In this document: in pieces, positions 9,419 through 18,850 of the stretch
Layout of the letters: every line of letters begins with the position of its first letter
How positions within the stretch are numbered: the first letter of the stretch is position 1
NCBI GenBank assembly: GCA_965220875.1
Contig: OZ244849.1
Coordinates: 1,466,401 to 1,530,400 of the forward strand
DNA: 64,000 nt
Origin: Gammaproteobacteria bacterium
GTDB lineage: Bacteria > Pseudomonadota > Gammaproteobacteria > UBA4575
Direction of reading: 5' to 3'
Notes under the pieces: generated by a model
Told to the model about the DNA's origin: nothing
Databases searched by the model: none
Seen by the model: the letters and a program-made list of their open reading frames with translations, nothing else
Program-made: the position numbers and the translations under genes

Positions 9419-10980
9419 GTGTCGACAGTTATCTTGAGCTTTTCACCACCCTGTTCGGCTGGACCTTCTACGGCATCCTGTGGGACGTGCTGGCCAGCAC
9501 CGGCATCGTCTACCTGCCGTTCCTGGGAATCCTGGTCGATCACTGGCGTGAGCCGGCACAGGGTGCGCAGATGGAGCTTGCCAGCGGCCTGTCGCTGCGG
9601 CGCATGGAGATCGAGCTGTTCATCGCACTGCTGGTGGTGGTCCTTGCCGGACAGCCTGCCGCTCTGACGCCGCTGAATGCCTCAACCCTGTCCTACACGC
9701 CGCCGCCCACCCTCCAGAATCCAACCCCGGCCACGGCCACCGTGGCCTCGTCACAGAGCACCTACGGCACGACCGGCTTTACCGGCACGGTGGCGACCGT
9801 CAACGTGCCGGTCTGGTGGTACGGGGTGATCGCGCTGAGTTCCGGCCTCAATCACGCCATCGTCGAGGGCCTGCCAAGCGTCTCGGACATGCGCACCTAC
9901 GAGCAGCAGGCGCGCCTCGCCACCATTGCCGACCCGCGCCTGCGCCAGGAAGTCAGCGACTTTTTCAGCCAGTGCTACATCCCGGCACGCTCCAGGTACC
10001 GGGCCCGAAGGCCGGACACGCCCGCCATCCAGAACATCCTCGCCACCTACGGCACCGATGATCCGGACTGGATGGGATCCCATGTGTATCGCTACACCCC
10101 GGGGTATTACGATACGCTGCGCCCGGTGCACGCGGTCACGGGCTGGGCGTACAACACCGCCCGGGACACCGAGTACGACCCAAGCGCACCGCCTGCCTGG
10201 GGCAAGCCGACCTGCAAGCAGTGGTGGGAGGACTCGGGAATTGGGCTTCGGGGAAAACTGGTCAATGAGGCGGACGCCACGTCTGCCGGGTTCTCCGGCC
10301 TGGTGGTGGCCATTGCCCCGACACTGGCCAGCGAGCAGCAAAACGATGCCGTGGCCAGGACCGTGCTCACCAACGCACCACCGTCCTGGTCGAGCAACGA
10401 GCTTCTTGTAAACAACGCGTCCGGCCCGGGACTGGTCAGCTCCGCAGGCTCCACCATCAAGAGCGGGCTTGCGGCAGGCGGCATCATTACGGCCTCGGCC
10501 CTGTTCTCGGTCATGATGACCGCCGTGCTCCAGGCCCTGCCCATGATGCAGGCGATCATCCTGCTGGGTATCTATGCGCTACTGCCGCTGCTGGTGGTGT
10601 TGTCCCGGTATTCCATCTCCATGCTGGTCGTCGGGGCCGTGGCGGTCTTTACCGTCAAGTTCTGGAGCGTTCTGTGGTACCTGGCGATGTGGGTGGACCA
10701 GAACCTGATCCTCTCCATGTACCCGGACGTCAACTTCTTCCTGCAGGTGTTCGCCAATCCCGGCGAGCATGATTTCAAGCGCATGCTGCTGAACATGATT
10801 ACCACCAGCCTCTACCTGGGGCTGCCGCTGCTGTGGAGCATCATGATGGCCTGGGCGGGGATCCGGGCAGGGCAGTCACTGGAGCATGCGATGCAGCCGC
10901 TCAGCACCCCGGTTCATGATGCGGGCAGGCAGGGCGGGGCCTTCGGGAAGGCGACAATAGCCCGGGGCGTGAAGAGGTGA
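9415..10980 (+). CDS. traG: TraG-like conjugal transfer membrane protein (TraG N-terminal domain family)
   Basis: 521 aa polytopic membrane protein; last gene of the high-GC block; GC content drops sharply at 10981. Confidence 0.55.
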   Translation: MSVDSYLELFTTLFGWTFYGILWDVLASTGIVYLPFLGILVDHWREPAQGAQMELASGLSLRRMEIELFIALLVVVLAGQPAALTPLNASTLSYTPPPTLQNPTPATATVASSQSTYGTTGFTGTVATVNVPVWWYGVIALSSGLNHAIVEGLPSVSDMRTYEQQARLATIADPRLRQEVSDFFSQCYIPARSRYRARRPDTPAIQNILATYGTDDPDWMGSHVYRYTPGYYDTLRPVHAVTGWAYNTARDTEYDPSAPPAWGKPTCKQWWEDSGIGLRGKLVNEADATSAGFSGLVVAIAPTLASEQQNDAVARTVLTNAPPSWSSNELLVNNASGPGLVSSAGSTIKSGLAAGGIITASALFSVMMTAVLQALPMMQAIILLGIYALLPLLVVLSRYSISMLVVGAVAVFTVKFWSVLWYLAMWVDQNLILSMYPDVNFFLQVFANPGEHDFKRMLLNMITTSLYLGLPLLWSIMMAWAGIRAGQSLEHAMQPLSTPVHDAGRQGGAFGKATIARGVKR

Positions 10981-11232
10981 AGGATTTTCCTGATGGTGTT
11001 TTGGCTCCGGAACTTCCCATACCTGTAAAGTTATTCGAAATTATCAAGAGTGGTGTGGAAGCAATACTAAATTTTGTTCGTAAAGGAAGTGGACCTGAAT
11101 AGAACTGTTGATTCACAAGTTAATTTATTTTTGCGTTGGTAAAACGGGTGAAGTAATTGGCCTGAATCGGATTGATGGTCCTATTTATTTATCGATGCGA
11201 CACTAAAGCAACCAAAACAGCCTGTACAAGAT

Positions 11233-11277
11233 AGCAAGCCTCGTGCTGCCCCCCTAAACCTGGATCAAGTTTAGGGG
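11233..11277. other. Perfect 17-bp-stem hairpin (GTGCTGCCCCCCTAAAC / GTTTAGGGGGGCAGCAC)
   Basis: Palindrome seen directly in the AT-rich spacer between traG and the IS; no downstream T-run. Confidence 0.4.
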
Positions 11278-11538
11278 GGCAGCACAACACTTCAAATTGA
11301 GTGTAAGCACGTCTCTAAAGAATATTTTGCAAGACTTAAACGATCATCGCCCACTGTTAGGAGCAATTTTCTGCATACCCAAATACTAAATTCACTTTCT
11401 GTTCCCTTAGTTCTGACAAATGTTTCGTTCCCCTATCATCAGTGCCATACTATCAAGAAATTAAATCGTAATTTCAAGTTATGGGCTTGACTTGTGAGTT
11501 TAGCTGTATTATCATGCAGTTAACACAGGAGAGAAGCC

Positions 11539-12426
11539 ATGAACCTACTACAAATCTTTCACAAATTCCCGGACCAAGAGGCTTGTATCGAACATCTTGA
11601 GAAAGTGCGCTGGGGCGATCACCCATGCTGCCCGCACTGTGGCGGCATTCGGGTTGCCCACAAAGCAGATTCAGACCGTATTGGACGCTGGAATTGCCAC
11701 GATTGCAAGTCCAGCTTCAACGTGCTTTCAGGCACGATCTTCGAGAAAACCAGAGTTCCCCTACAAAAGTGGTTCATGGCAATCGGCCTGATTGTCAACG
11801 CCAAGAAAAGTCTCTCCAGTTGCCAGCTTGCCCGTGATTTGGAACTCACCTATCAGACTGCTTGGTTCATGCAGAAGCGCATCCGCGCTGAAATGGCCAG
11901 CAAGCAGAGCACCATCACCTTGCAGGGTATCATCGAGGCTGACGAAACCTACGTAGGCGGCAAGCCTCGCAAGTTCAATCGCCGTAAGGACGATGATAAC
12001 CAGAAGCCCAATGGCAGAGGCCGTGCCACCAAGAAAACGCCTGTAATCGGGGCTGTGGAGCGTGGCGGCAAGGTAGTTGCCCGCGTAGCTTCAGACCTGA
12101 CAGGCCGAGGCGTACTCAAGTTCATCAAGGACACTGTAGACACTGCTGGATCGGTGTTGATCACCGATGAGTACCGCTCCTACAGGACCGTACGCAAGAC
12201 GATTCCACACTCGGTTATCAATCACAGCAAAGCCTATGCAGAGGGCGTGGTTCACACCAATACGATTGAAGGCTTTTGGGCACTGATCAAACGTTCATGG
12301 TACGGCTCGCATCACCACTACAACCGAGAGCATATCCCGCTCTATATCGCTGAAACCGCTTGGAAGTACAACCACAGGGAGGATGACAACGCATTCGGTT
12401 CATTCGTGCGCGGGTGCTTCGCATGA
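11539..12426 (+). CDS. IS1595-family DDE transposase (N-terminal zinc-ribbon; HTNTIEGFWALIKR motif)
   Basis: 295 aa; CPHCGG...CHDCK zinc ribbon; EADETYVGGK and TDEYRSY/HTNTIEGFW motifs typical of ISXO2/IS1595 transposases. Confidence 0.85.
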   Translation: MNLLQIFHKFPDQEACIEHLEKVRWGDHPCCPHCGGIRVAHKADSDRIGRWNCHDCKSSFNVLSGTIFEKTRVPLQKWFMAIGLIVNAKKSLSSCQLARDLELTYQTAWFMQKRIRAEMASKQSTITLQGIIEADETYVGGKPRKFNRRKDDDNQKPNGRGRATKKTPVIGAVERGGKVVARVASDLTGRGVLKFIKDTVDTAGSVLITDEYRSYRTVRKTIPHSVINHSKAYAEGVVHTNTIEGFWALIKRSWYGSHHHYNREHIPLYIAETAWKYNHREDDNAFGSFVRGCFA

Positions 12427-14021
12427 ATCACCTGTACTACGGGGATTGCCTGACCATCATGCAGGAAATGCCCCTTGCCAGCGTGGACCTGATCTACCTT
12501 GATCCGCCGTTCAAATCAGACAAGGACTACCACAGCATCTACAAGGATGAGACGGGCCGCCCGCTGCCAGACCAGATCGAGGCGTTCTGCGATATGTGGA
12601 CGCTCACTCCAGAGCGCGAGCGGGCCATCAGGCAAATGCCCGCCATGCTTCGGGAGACTGGCATTGATGACAGCGTGGCAGAGTTCTGGCGCATTTGGAT
12701 GAATGCACTGCGCAAGACGCAACCAGACCTGCTGGCCTACCTGTCCTATATGGTGGAGAGGCTTATTTGGATGAAGGGCCTGCTGCGTCCTGCTGGCTCG
12801 ATCTGGCTTCATTGTGATCCCGAAGCCAGCCACTACATCAAGGTCATGCTTGACGGGATATTTGGGCACAACAACTTCCGCAATGAGATTACCTGGAAGC
12901 GTACCAGCTCGCACAGCGACTCAGGGACAATGGGCTGGGTGCATGACGTTCTGCTGTACTACACCAAGGGTGAAAAGTTCACTTTCAACACCGAGCACGC
13001 ACCGCATGACAAGGACTACATAGCCTCTCACTACCGGCACAAGGATAAGGCTGGCCGGAGATTCAGAACTGATAATGTCACGGCTGGCGGCCTGACTGGT
13101 GGCGGGTATGAGTATGAATGGAACGGAGTGAAAAAATGTTGGCGTTACCCTGAACATCGAATGCAGGAGTTACATGATGCGGGCAGGTTGCGATATACGC
13201 GCACAGGCACAGCTGAATATATTCGGTACTTGGATGAATCGGATGGAGTGCCCGTATCGGATTGGTGGGGCGATATTCCGCCTGTCAATTCGCAAGCCAA
13301 GGAACGTATGGGATACAGGACACAGAAGCCACTGAAACTTCTGAAACGCATCATCGGGGTGTCCAGCAACGAGGGAGACGTGATATTTGATCCATTCTGT
13401 GGCTGCGCCACGACCTTGGAAGCAGCCCACGCAATGGAACGCAAATGGATCGGGGTTGATATTGCTATTCATGCTGTCAAACGGGTAGCCAGAATCAGGC
13501 TGCAGGACAGGCTGGGTCTGGTAGAGGGCAAGGATTTTGAAATTGATGGGGTGCCACGCGATCTAGAGGGAGCCAAGGACCTGTGGGAACGAGACAAGTA
13601 CCACTTCCAAAAATGGGCCATAGAGGAGGTGGACGGGTTTGCCACAACCAAACGCACAGCCGATGGTGGTATTGATGGGAGACTCTATTTCGGTGACGTG
13701 GACAGGGATCTGAAAAGCATGGTAATCGAGGTCAAGGGCGGCAAGAATGTGAACATTGCAGACTTGCGGGCATTGCATAGCGTCATGGAACGTGACGATG
13801 CAGAAATGGCTGGCCTGATCATCATGGAGCCACTAGGCAGCCGGAAGGCCAAAAACTTTCATAGGCTGGTTGCCGAGGCGGGTGATATGACAGTACGAAG
13901 CAGGCCGTTTCCCAGAATGCAAATACTGTCAGTGCCAGAGATACTGGCAGGCAAGCGATTTGATACCCCGTACCCGCGTGGCAAGTCGGACCTAGTTCAA
14001 CCAGATATTGGACAGTTCTAG
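12423..14021 (+). CDS. Beta-class amino (N6-A/N4-C) DNA methyltransferase with a C-terminal PD-(D/E)xK-like domain
   Basis: DPPF (motif IV) near the N-terminus and FDPFCGCATT (motif I) downstream, i.e. beta-class order; C-terminal GIDGRLYF...VIEVKGGK nuclease-like motif; start overlaps the tnp stop (ATGA). Confidence 0.75.
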   Translation: MNHLYYGDCLTIMQEMPLASVDLIYLDPPFKSDKDYHSIYKDETGRPLPDQIEAFCDMWTLTPERERAIRQMPAMLRETGIDDSVAEFWRIWMNALRKTQPDLLAYLSYMVERLIWMKGLLRPAGSIWLHCDPEASHYIKVMLDGIFGHNNFRNEITWKRTSSHSDSGTMGWVHDVLLYYTKGEKFTFNTEHAPHDKDYIASHYRHKDKAGRRFRTDNVTAGGLTGGGYEYEWNGVKKCWRYPEHRMQELHDAGRLRYTRTGTAEYIRYLDESDGVPVSDWWGDIPPVNSQAKERMGYRTQKPLKLLKRIIGVSSNEGDVIFDPFCGCATTLEAAHAMERKWIGVDIAIHAVKRVARIRLQDRLGLVEGKDFEIDGVPRDLEGAKDLWERDKYHFQKWAIEEVDGFATTKRTADGGIDGRLYFGDVDRDLKSMVIEVKGGKNVNIADLRALHSVMERDDAEMAGLIIMEPLGSRKAKNFHRLVAEAGDMTVRSRPFPRMQILSVPEILAGKRFDTPYPRGKSDLVQPDIGQF

Positions 14022-14328
14022 TTGAATCAGGTATTTTAAGCCCATAACTTGAAATTACGCAATATAATTGTGGACTTTCATCATTCCATCTTGGATTTCA
14101 GAATCCGACTGCTCTTTAGACAAGACCTCTATATTTTTAAGCACTCTGCGTCCAGTATGTTTATCTACACCCAGAGTATCCAAGGTGATATTGAAAGCAA
14201 GCATTATCCCCTTGATCGTATTTTCGCTTGTATTATCAGGAGTGGATAAATAGCTTGCCTCTTCTAGATTGGCCATATTTCTTCCTTCATCGTGAAGTTA
14301 GTTCACGCATTGATATTCAGTGATGCAT

Positions 14329-15309
14329 TTAGGACTCATTTTCATCATTGTCCGAATTGGGTTGGTTGAGAGGTGAATCAGAACGATAAGGCACTCTTCC
14401 TGCAGGATAGGTATGTGATATTTTTTCTAGATGGAGATCTTGGTCATCAAAGAAAATATGTGGCCTAAACGCTTTCAATATTTTTTCTTTTTTCACCCCT
14501 CCTAAGAAGAAAACTTCATCTACGTAGACTCCCCAATATCGGAGGGTTTTAATTACACGCATTTCCGCTGGTGCGTTTCTGGCTGTGACAATCGCGATTC
14601 GCACTGGAGAAAATTCGACACTAAAAGGAAGTCGATCTTGCAATCGAGCGAGCTTACGTAAAAGCTTTGCATATGGGCCATCTTTCATAGGTATGTCTTG
14701 CTGTGCATCTTCCACTCTTTGAAATTCTTCTAGCCCTTTTGCCTTAAATACAAGCTCACTGCTTTCATCAAACAAAACCCCATCCCCATCGAAAGCAATT
14801 CGGACTTGGCCTCCAGGAATTTCACTACTTTCAGCTGGAGGAGGTTTGACAATTGCAGCAGCACACTCCCCTTCATTAATGACCTTTTGTGCATCATGTG
14901 TATTTGTTGTCAAGAATAAATCCACATCAAATGCTTCTAAGTAATCGACTACAGATTCGCCACCCGTATATGCAAGTCTAGTTATAGGTAGGTCCAACCT
15001 CCTTATGTTGTTTAATACGCGTACACCAGTTTCAGGGCTATTTCGCGACATCACAACAACTTCTACCAGAGGCGACTCAGCATTCGGTTCGTACCCGTTA
15101 AGTTTTAAAAGTGCTTTAACTAATGGCATACCAGTTCCAGGTTCAAGAGAATCATCCTCATGCTCAAGCATAAAACTGCGGTACTCTCTAATGGCTGTAT
15201 CACGATTCTCTTCGTATTTTTGACGAAATACTGAATCTGCTTCGCTTAGGTCAAACAAAGCGGTGGCAGATATACCGATTACGAGTGTATCTGAAAGATT
15301 AGTTGGCAT
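14329..15309 (-). CDS. HAD-superfamily 5'-nucleotidase (cN-IA/PF06189-like)
   Basis: 326 aa; HAD motif I IAFDGDGVLFDES; overall resemblance to bacterial cytosolic 5'-nucleotidase family. Confidence 0.55.
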   Translation of the reverse strand: MPTNLSDTLVIGISATALFDLSEADSVFRQKYEENRDTAIREYRSFMLEHEDDSLEPGTGMPLVKALLKLNGYEPNAESPLVEVVVMSRNSPETGVRVLNNIRRLDLPITRLAYTGGESVVDYLEAFDVDLFLTTNTHDAQKVINEGECAAAIVKPPPAESSEIPGGQVRIAFDGDGVLFDESSELVFKAKGLEEFQRVEDAQQDIPMKDGPYAKLLRKLARLQDRLPFSVEFSPVRIAIVTARNAPAEMRVIKTLRYWGVYVDEVFFLGGVKKEKILKAFRPHIFFDDQDLHLEKISHTYPAGRVPYRSDSPLNQPNSDNDENES

Positions 15310-15331
15310 TTTTCATGAGGCACACCTTTAT

Positions 15332-15844
15332 TCAGGCCCTAGAGTTACGGCTGCTAGTGCGTGTTGCCGGATCATCATAATCAGGGTTTCGCTCCACATC
15401 ACCCGTGTCGTTGACGCGGAATGGACGGCCTTTGGTTAGTCGGATCATATATTTTTGCCTTTCTCTATCTTTCCGGTTACTGATTGCTTCGACGATGGTT
15501 GCAGTATCAATACTTGTGTAATCTACCTGGCCTTCTTTGTCATGGTTTTTCCCGTATCGCGGTGGAAAGTCTAGGAAAGATTGGAATACACGCATGACAC
15601 GCTCGTCATATTGATCAGGATTCTTGAGAGCAAGATCAGCCAAAGTGACAGCACCCGCCGTGCGTCCTATGTAGGAGCTTCCTCGGATATTGCTATCCAA
15701 TAGCTCGGTTCCTACAACGAACTGATCTTCCAATCGATTCCTGTCGGCTACTTTAAAGCGCTGATGGGCAGTTATGAGTGCCAAGGCGGCAACTGCGGGC
15801 AACGCCAACTGCACCAACAACTCCGTCATGTAGACACATGTCAT
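15332..15844 (-). CDS. Membrane-anchored hypothetical protein (possible partner of the 5'-nucleotidase)
   Basis: N-terminal TM LLVQLALPAVAALALITA; 22 bp upstream of the nucleotidase gene on the same strand. Confidence 0.45.
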   Translation of the reverse strand: MTCVYMTELLVQLALPAVAALALITAHQRFKVADRNRLEDQFVVGTELLDSNIRGSSYIGRTAGAVTLADLALKNPDQYDERVMRVFQSFLDFPPRYGKNHDKEGQVDYTSIDTATIVEAISNRKDRERQKYMIRLTKGRPFRVNDTGDVERNPDYDDPATRTSSRNSRA

Positions 15845-16111
15845 GGTTTAGGCATCACACTTAGTATGTGCACTGATGTGAGTTCGGCTTTTGTCATCAT
15901 GCCATTTTTACAAACGCTTTGAATCTATTTATGATAGGTGATCACCAGTTTGATAATTTTTTCGCTAGCATTCAACATGAGAGTTACCTCCTGCAGTTAT
16001 GATGAAAACTTGTATTTTTATCAGATCAGGTTGAAACTCCAAACACTAGTTGCTTTTTGGTCATTTTAGTAAACATATCAAAGGTACCCTTGAACAGAAA
16101 GAGACAGCAGT

Positions 16112-16867
16112 ATGAACCGAAAGCAATTTATAGAATCTCAGGGGGCAACCTGTAAAAACTGGTCTTGGAGCTGGTCATTCATTAATGAGACCGAGAAATT
16201 CATAATATTTGGTGCATGGGATAAATACGATAGTGGTAACAAAGCCCTGATTTTTAGTAAGGATTGGGCAATCAGCCACAAAGGCAAAAGGAGTCAAGGA
16301 TACCGACAATCACGAGAGCACATACGGCTTATTGAAGAGGAAGGCTATCAACTTAAAACTTTCCCAATGGAGTACACGGTAGCTGATGAAAATGATGAAG
16401 AGGCGCCTGCAAAAATTAAGGGATTCACTCCAGAACTCAGTCCAAAAAAGCTAATTCGCATCGAGAACAATTGGTATGCCTCGGATCAGACTTGCGGGGC
16501 ACGCTTGCCAGAAGAAATATGTCCAGATGAGGTATTTAAGGAAGGAGCATCTAGAACTGTAATCGTAAATCAATATGAACGTAGTGCCGCGGCAAGATCA
16601 AAATGCTTGGAACATCATGGGTATAAGTGCGCAGTTTGTTCATTTGACTTTGAAAATACTTACGGTGAAATCGGTAAAAGCTATATTCATGTTCACCACA
16701 CTGTTCCAATTTCAGAAATTGGGGGAGAGTATGAACTTGATCCGATAAAAGATTTGATTCCTGTGTGCCCTAATTGTCATGCAATGATTCACATTACACG
16801 CCCTGCATTGAACATAGAACAATTAAGAAATCACATAAAAAATCATAGAAATCACGGCAGTGGTTGA
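16112..16867 (+). CDS. HNH endonuclease with uncharacterised N-terminal domain
   Basis: C-terminal CAVCSF...HVHHTVPISE...CPNCHAMIH HNH/zinc motif; N-terminal about 120 aa domain recurs as a stand-alone ORF at 44150. Confidence 0.7.
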   Translation: MNRKQFIESQGATCKNWSWSWSFINETEKFIIFGAWDKYDSGNKALIFSKDWAISHKGKRSQGYRQSREHIRLIEEEGYQLKTFPMEYTVADENDEEAPAKIKGFTPELSPKKLIRIENNWYASDQTCGARLPEEICPDEVFKEGASRTVIVNQYERSAAARSKCLEHHGYKCAVCSFDFENTYGEIGKSYIHVHHTVPISEIGGEYELDPIKDLIPVCPNCHAMIHITRPALNIEQLRNHIKNHRNHGSG

Positions 16868-16952
16868 GTTTGAAATGTTCTGCATTAACGTTATGTCATC
16901 ACGGCATATCTAGCATCCAGAAACAGCTAAGTGTCATTAGGTGTAACACAAA

Positions 16953-17699
16953 TCATAACTTCTTGAAGCTCTTCCCAGAAACCTCTTCAAATTTCCTTAA
17001 CAGATTGTGGTATTGATCAACTAGTCTTTGGTCACCAAATGCTTTGGCAGCATGTACACACACAGAAATACCTCTGTAGAAATAATTCCATAGATCATCC
17101 TTGTGTTCACTATAAACTTTGCATCTTCGCATACCGCGCATGTGAAATTGACCACCTTCGTACATATCCATTATTTGGGGCGACGCTGCATGTACATATC
17201 CAGAGTAGAATTTGCCTATAGTTCGCAGCAATTCTGTTCCACTGCTTGGGTCGAATGGATCAAATGTAGAACGGGCCAAATATGCTCGAATTTTCCGTCG
17301 AGGGACCATGGGCCGCTTCTGGGTTGATTGAATCGCCGTATCAGCATCGAATTCTTCTTCAAAAAATGCATCCAAGTAATCACGATGTAATGACGATGTA
17401 TAATCTCCTTGGAGAAATCCAAATACGAGGAAAAATATGTCCTCTTGAATCTCGTCTAAAACTCTCTGTAGACAAGCTTGCTCCTGCACAAAACCATGGT
17501 TGAGCAGAAGCCGTGCTGCATCAAGGGTACTTACCATGCGGGCCAGCTTTAAGACTATCGCTTGGAGAATCGTTTTCTCTGTATAACGAAATGCACGGAA
17601 ATCACCGAATTCTGTTAACTTCGGTTCAGGAACTTGATCGGCTAACGAATTCACTGCCTGTTCCAAGTGTTTCAAAATCTGTTCGTATATCTGGTCCAT
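16953..17699 (-). CDS. Hypothetical protein
   Basis: 248 aa ORF in the low-GC island; no recognisable motifs. Confidence 0.45.
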   Translation of the reverse strand: MDQIYEQILKHLEQAVNSLADQVPEPKLTEFGDFRAFRYTEKTILQAIVLKLARMVSTLDAARLLLNHGFVQEQACLQRVLDEIQEDIFFLVFGFLQGDYTSSLHRDYLDAFFEEEFDADTAIQSTQKRPMVPRRKIRAYLARSTFDPFDPSSGTELLRTIGKFYSGYVHAASPQIMDMYEGGQFHMRGMRRCKVYSEHKDDLWNYFYRGISVCVHAAKAFGDQRLVDQYHNLLRKFEEVSGKSFKKL

Positions 17700-17885
17700 T
17701 GCTCACATAATCTTTTGGTGTCTAAAGATAAGTTGTTGACAATTAGCCTAGCTTTTATAAGCACCATCATCTGAGATTTGAAATTGAAGCGGGCCAGCAA
17801 GAATTCCGCGATACCGTTAATGATATATTTGGGAATTATATATTTAAGTTTACAAAGCATCGAAGAAAGGTGCTGATTGAAATAA

Positions 17886-18194
17886 TCAGCTAACCCAAGT
17901 TATCGATGCTTCCTTATCAGTAGCCGGGCGGGGTTTAACTATAATTGCTGCATACGATAAATCATCTCCATGAGCATGCGGCAAAAAATACCTTGCTACT
18001 ACTTCATAGATTGTTCTGTTGGCGGGGTTATTACGATCTAAGCCTTTAACTACTCCTAGGTCAACAATAAGATCACCGATTACTGGCACGGTGTTAGCTA
18101 AATGAAAGAAGTCATATTCCCATCCTATGTCTTCATAACGGCCAGTGTTTTCATTTTCTATATGCAGCCGAATTGCAATCTCTTTTTCTGACAT
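17886..18194 (-). CDS. Hypothetical protein
   Basis: 102 aa ORF; RBS-like GGAGGAGAAT upstream. Confidence 0.4.
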   Translation of the reverse strand: MSEKEIAIRLHIENENTGRYEDIGWEYDFFHLANTVPVIGDLIVDLGVVKGLDRNNPANRTIYEVVARYFLPHAHGDDLSYAAIIVKPRPATDKEASITWVS

Positions 18195-18248
18195 AACATT
18201 CTCCTCCGTTGCTGTGTCTTTGGTGTATTAACTTAGTATAATATACTA

Positions 18249-18446
18249 ATGGAACAAATGAAATTTGAAGATTTAGCTGGGGAAGAGATTATCAGAAAAG
18301 CCAACCAGTGGCTTTATACTGCATTGGGAGAACAACATCTTCCTGCAGTATTTGAACAAAAACTCATGATGGCTTACCGCAGCACTAAAGATGTTCTCAA
18401 CTCCTTAGAAGAAATCAAGAATGAGGGGATGGAGAACCTTTTATAG
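18249..18446 (+). CDS. Small hypothetical protein
   Basis: 65 aa ORF with weak RBS; convergent with and overlapping a minus-strand small ORF. Confidence 0.25.
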   Translation: MEQMKFEDLAGEEIIRKANQWLYTALGEQHLPAVFEQKLMMAYRSTKDVLNSLEEIKNEGMENLL

Positions 18447-18588
18447 CTTCTCTAATCGCTTTAAGTTCTTTAACTGCTATTTCCATTAACTTATTCGTAA
18501 TTGACACTTGAGTTACTAAACTCGTTAACGTGTTGTTAATTATTTCTGCGTTCTCAGTTTTCGGTTTGTTTAATTCCTGTTCACTCAT
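18415..18588 (-). CDS. Small hypothetical protein (57 aa)
   Basis: Strong SD AAGGGAGGATAAAATG; followed by a GCCAGACTC...GAGTCTGGC hairpin at 18633-18664. Confidence 0.3.
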   Translation of the reverse strand: MSEQELNKPKTENAEIINNTLTSLVTQVSITNKLMEIAVKELKAIREAIKGSPSPHS

Positions 18589-18850
18589 TTTATCCTCCCT
18601 TCTTAATTGGACTAAAGTCTACTACAATAAAAAGCCAGACTCCTGTTAGCAAGAGTCTGGCCTGTGCCGCGAGGCAACAACGTGGGGGTTGTATACTCGC
18701 GTTAAGGGGCAAAGGTAGGATTTAGCAAATTCAACAAATGCCCCTGTTCAGATGTTAAGTGCAGCCTCCCGAAGGAGGCTGCGATGTCTACGAGTAAAGT
18801 GGGAGCTTCAACTCGTATACAAAGGGGGTGTCTAAGCCCCTTTGTTCTTG

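Larger units (their letters stand above)
11467..14059 (+). mobile_element. IS1595-family insertion sequence, copy A, carrying transposase + DNA methyltransferase passenger
   Basis: 22-bp terminal inverted repeats CGTAATTTCAAGTTATGGGCTT (11467-11488) and AAGCCCATAACTTGAAATTACG (14038-14059); no flanking TSD detected. Confidence 0.7.

Noticed and set aside
940-9543. Very long minus-strand ORFs (e.g. 940-3180 746 aa, 3907-5229 440 aa, 7651-9543 630 aa) antisense to the ICE genes
   Set aside because: Typical shadow ORFs of 65-70% GC DNA: Arg/Gly/Pro-rich low-complexity translations with no motifs, fully overlapping well-supported plus-strand genes with ATGA/TGATG coupling.
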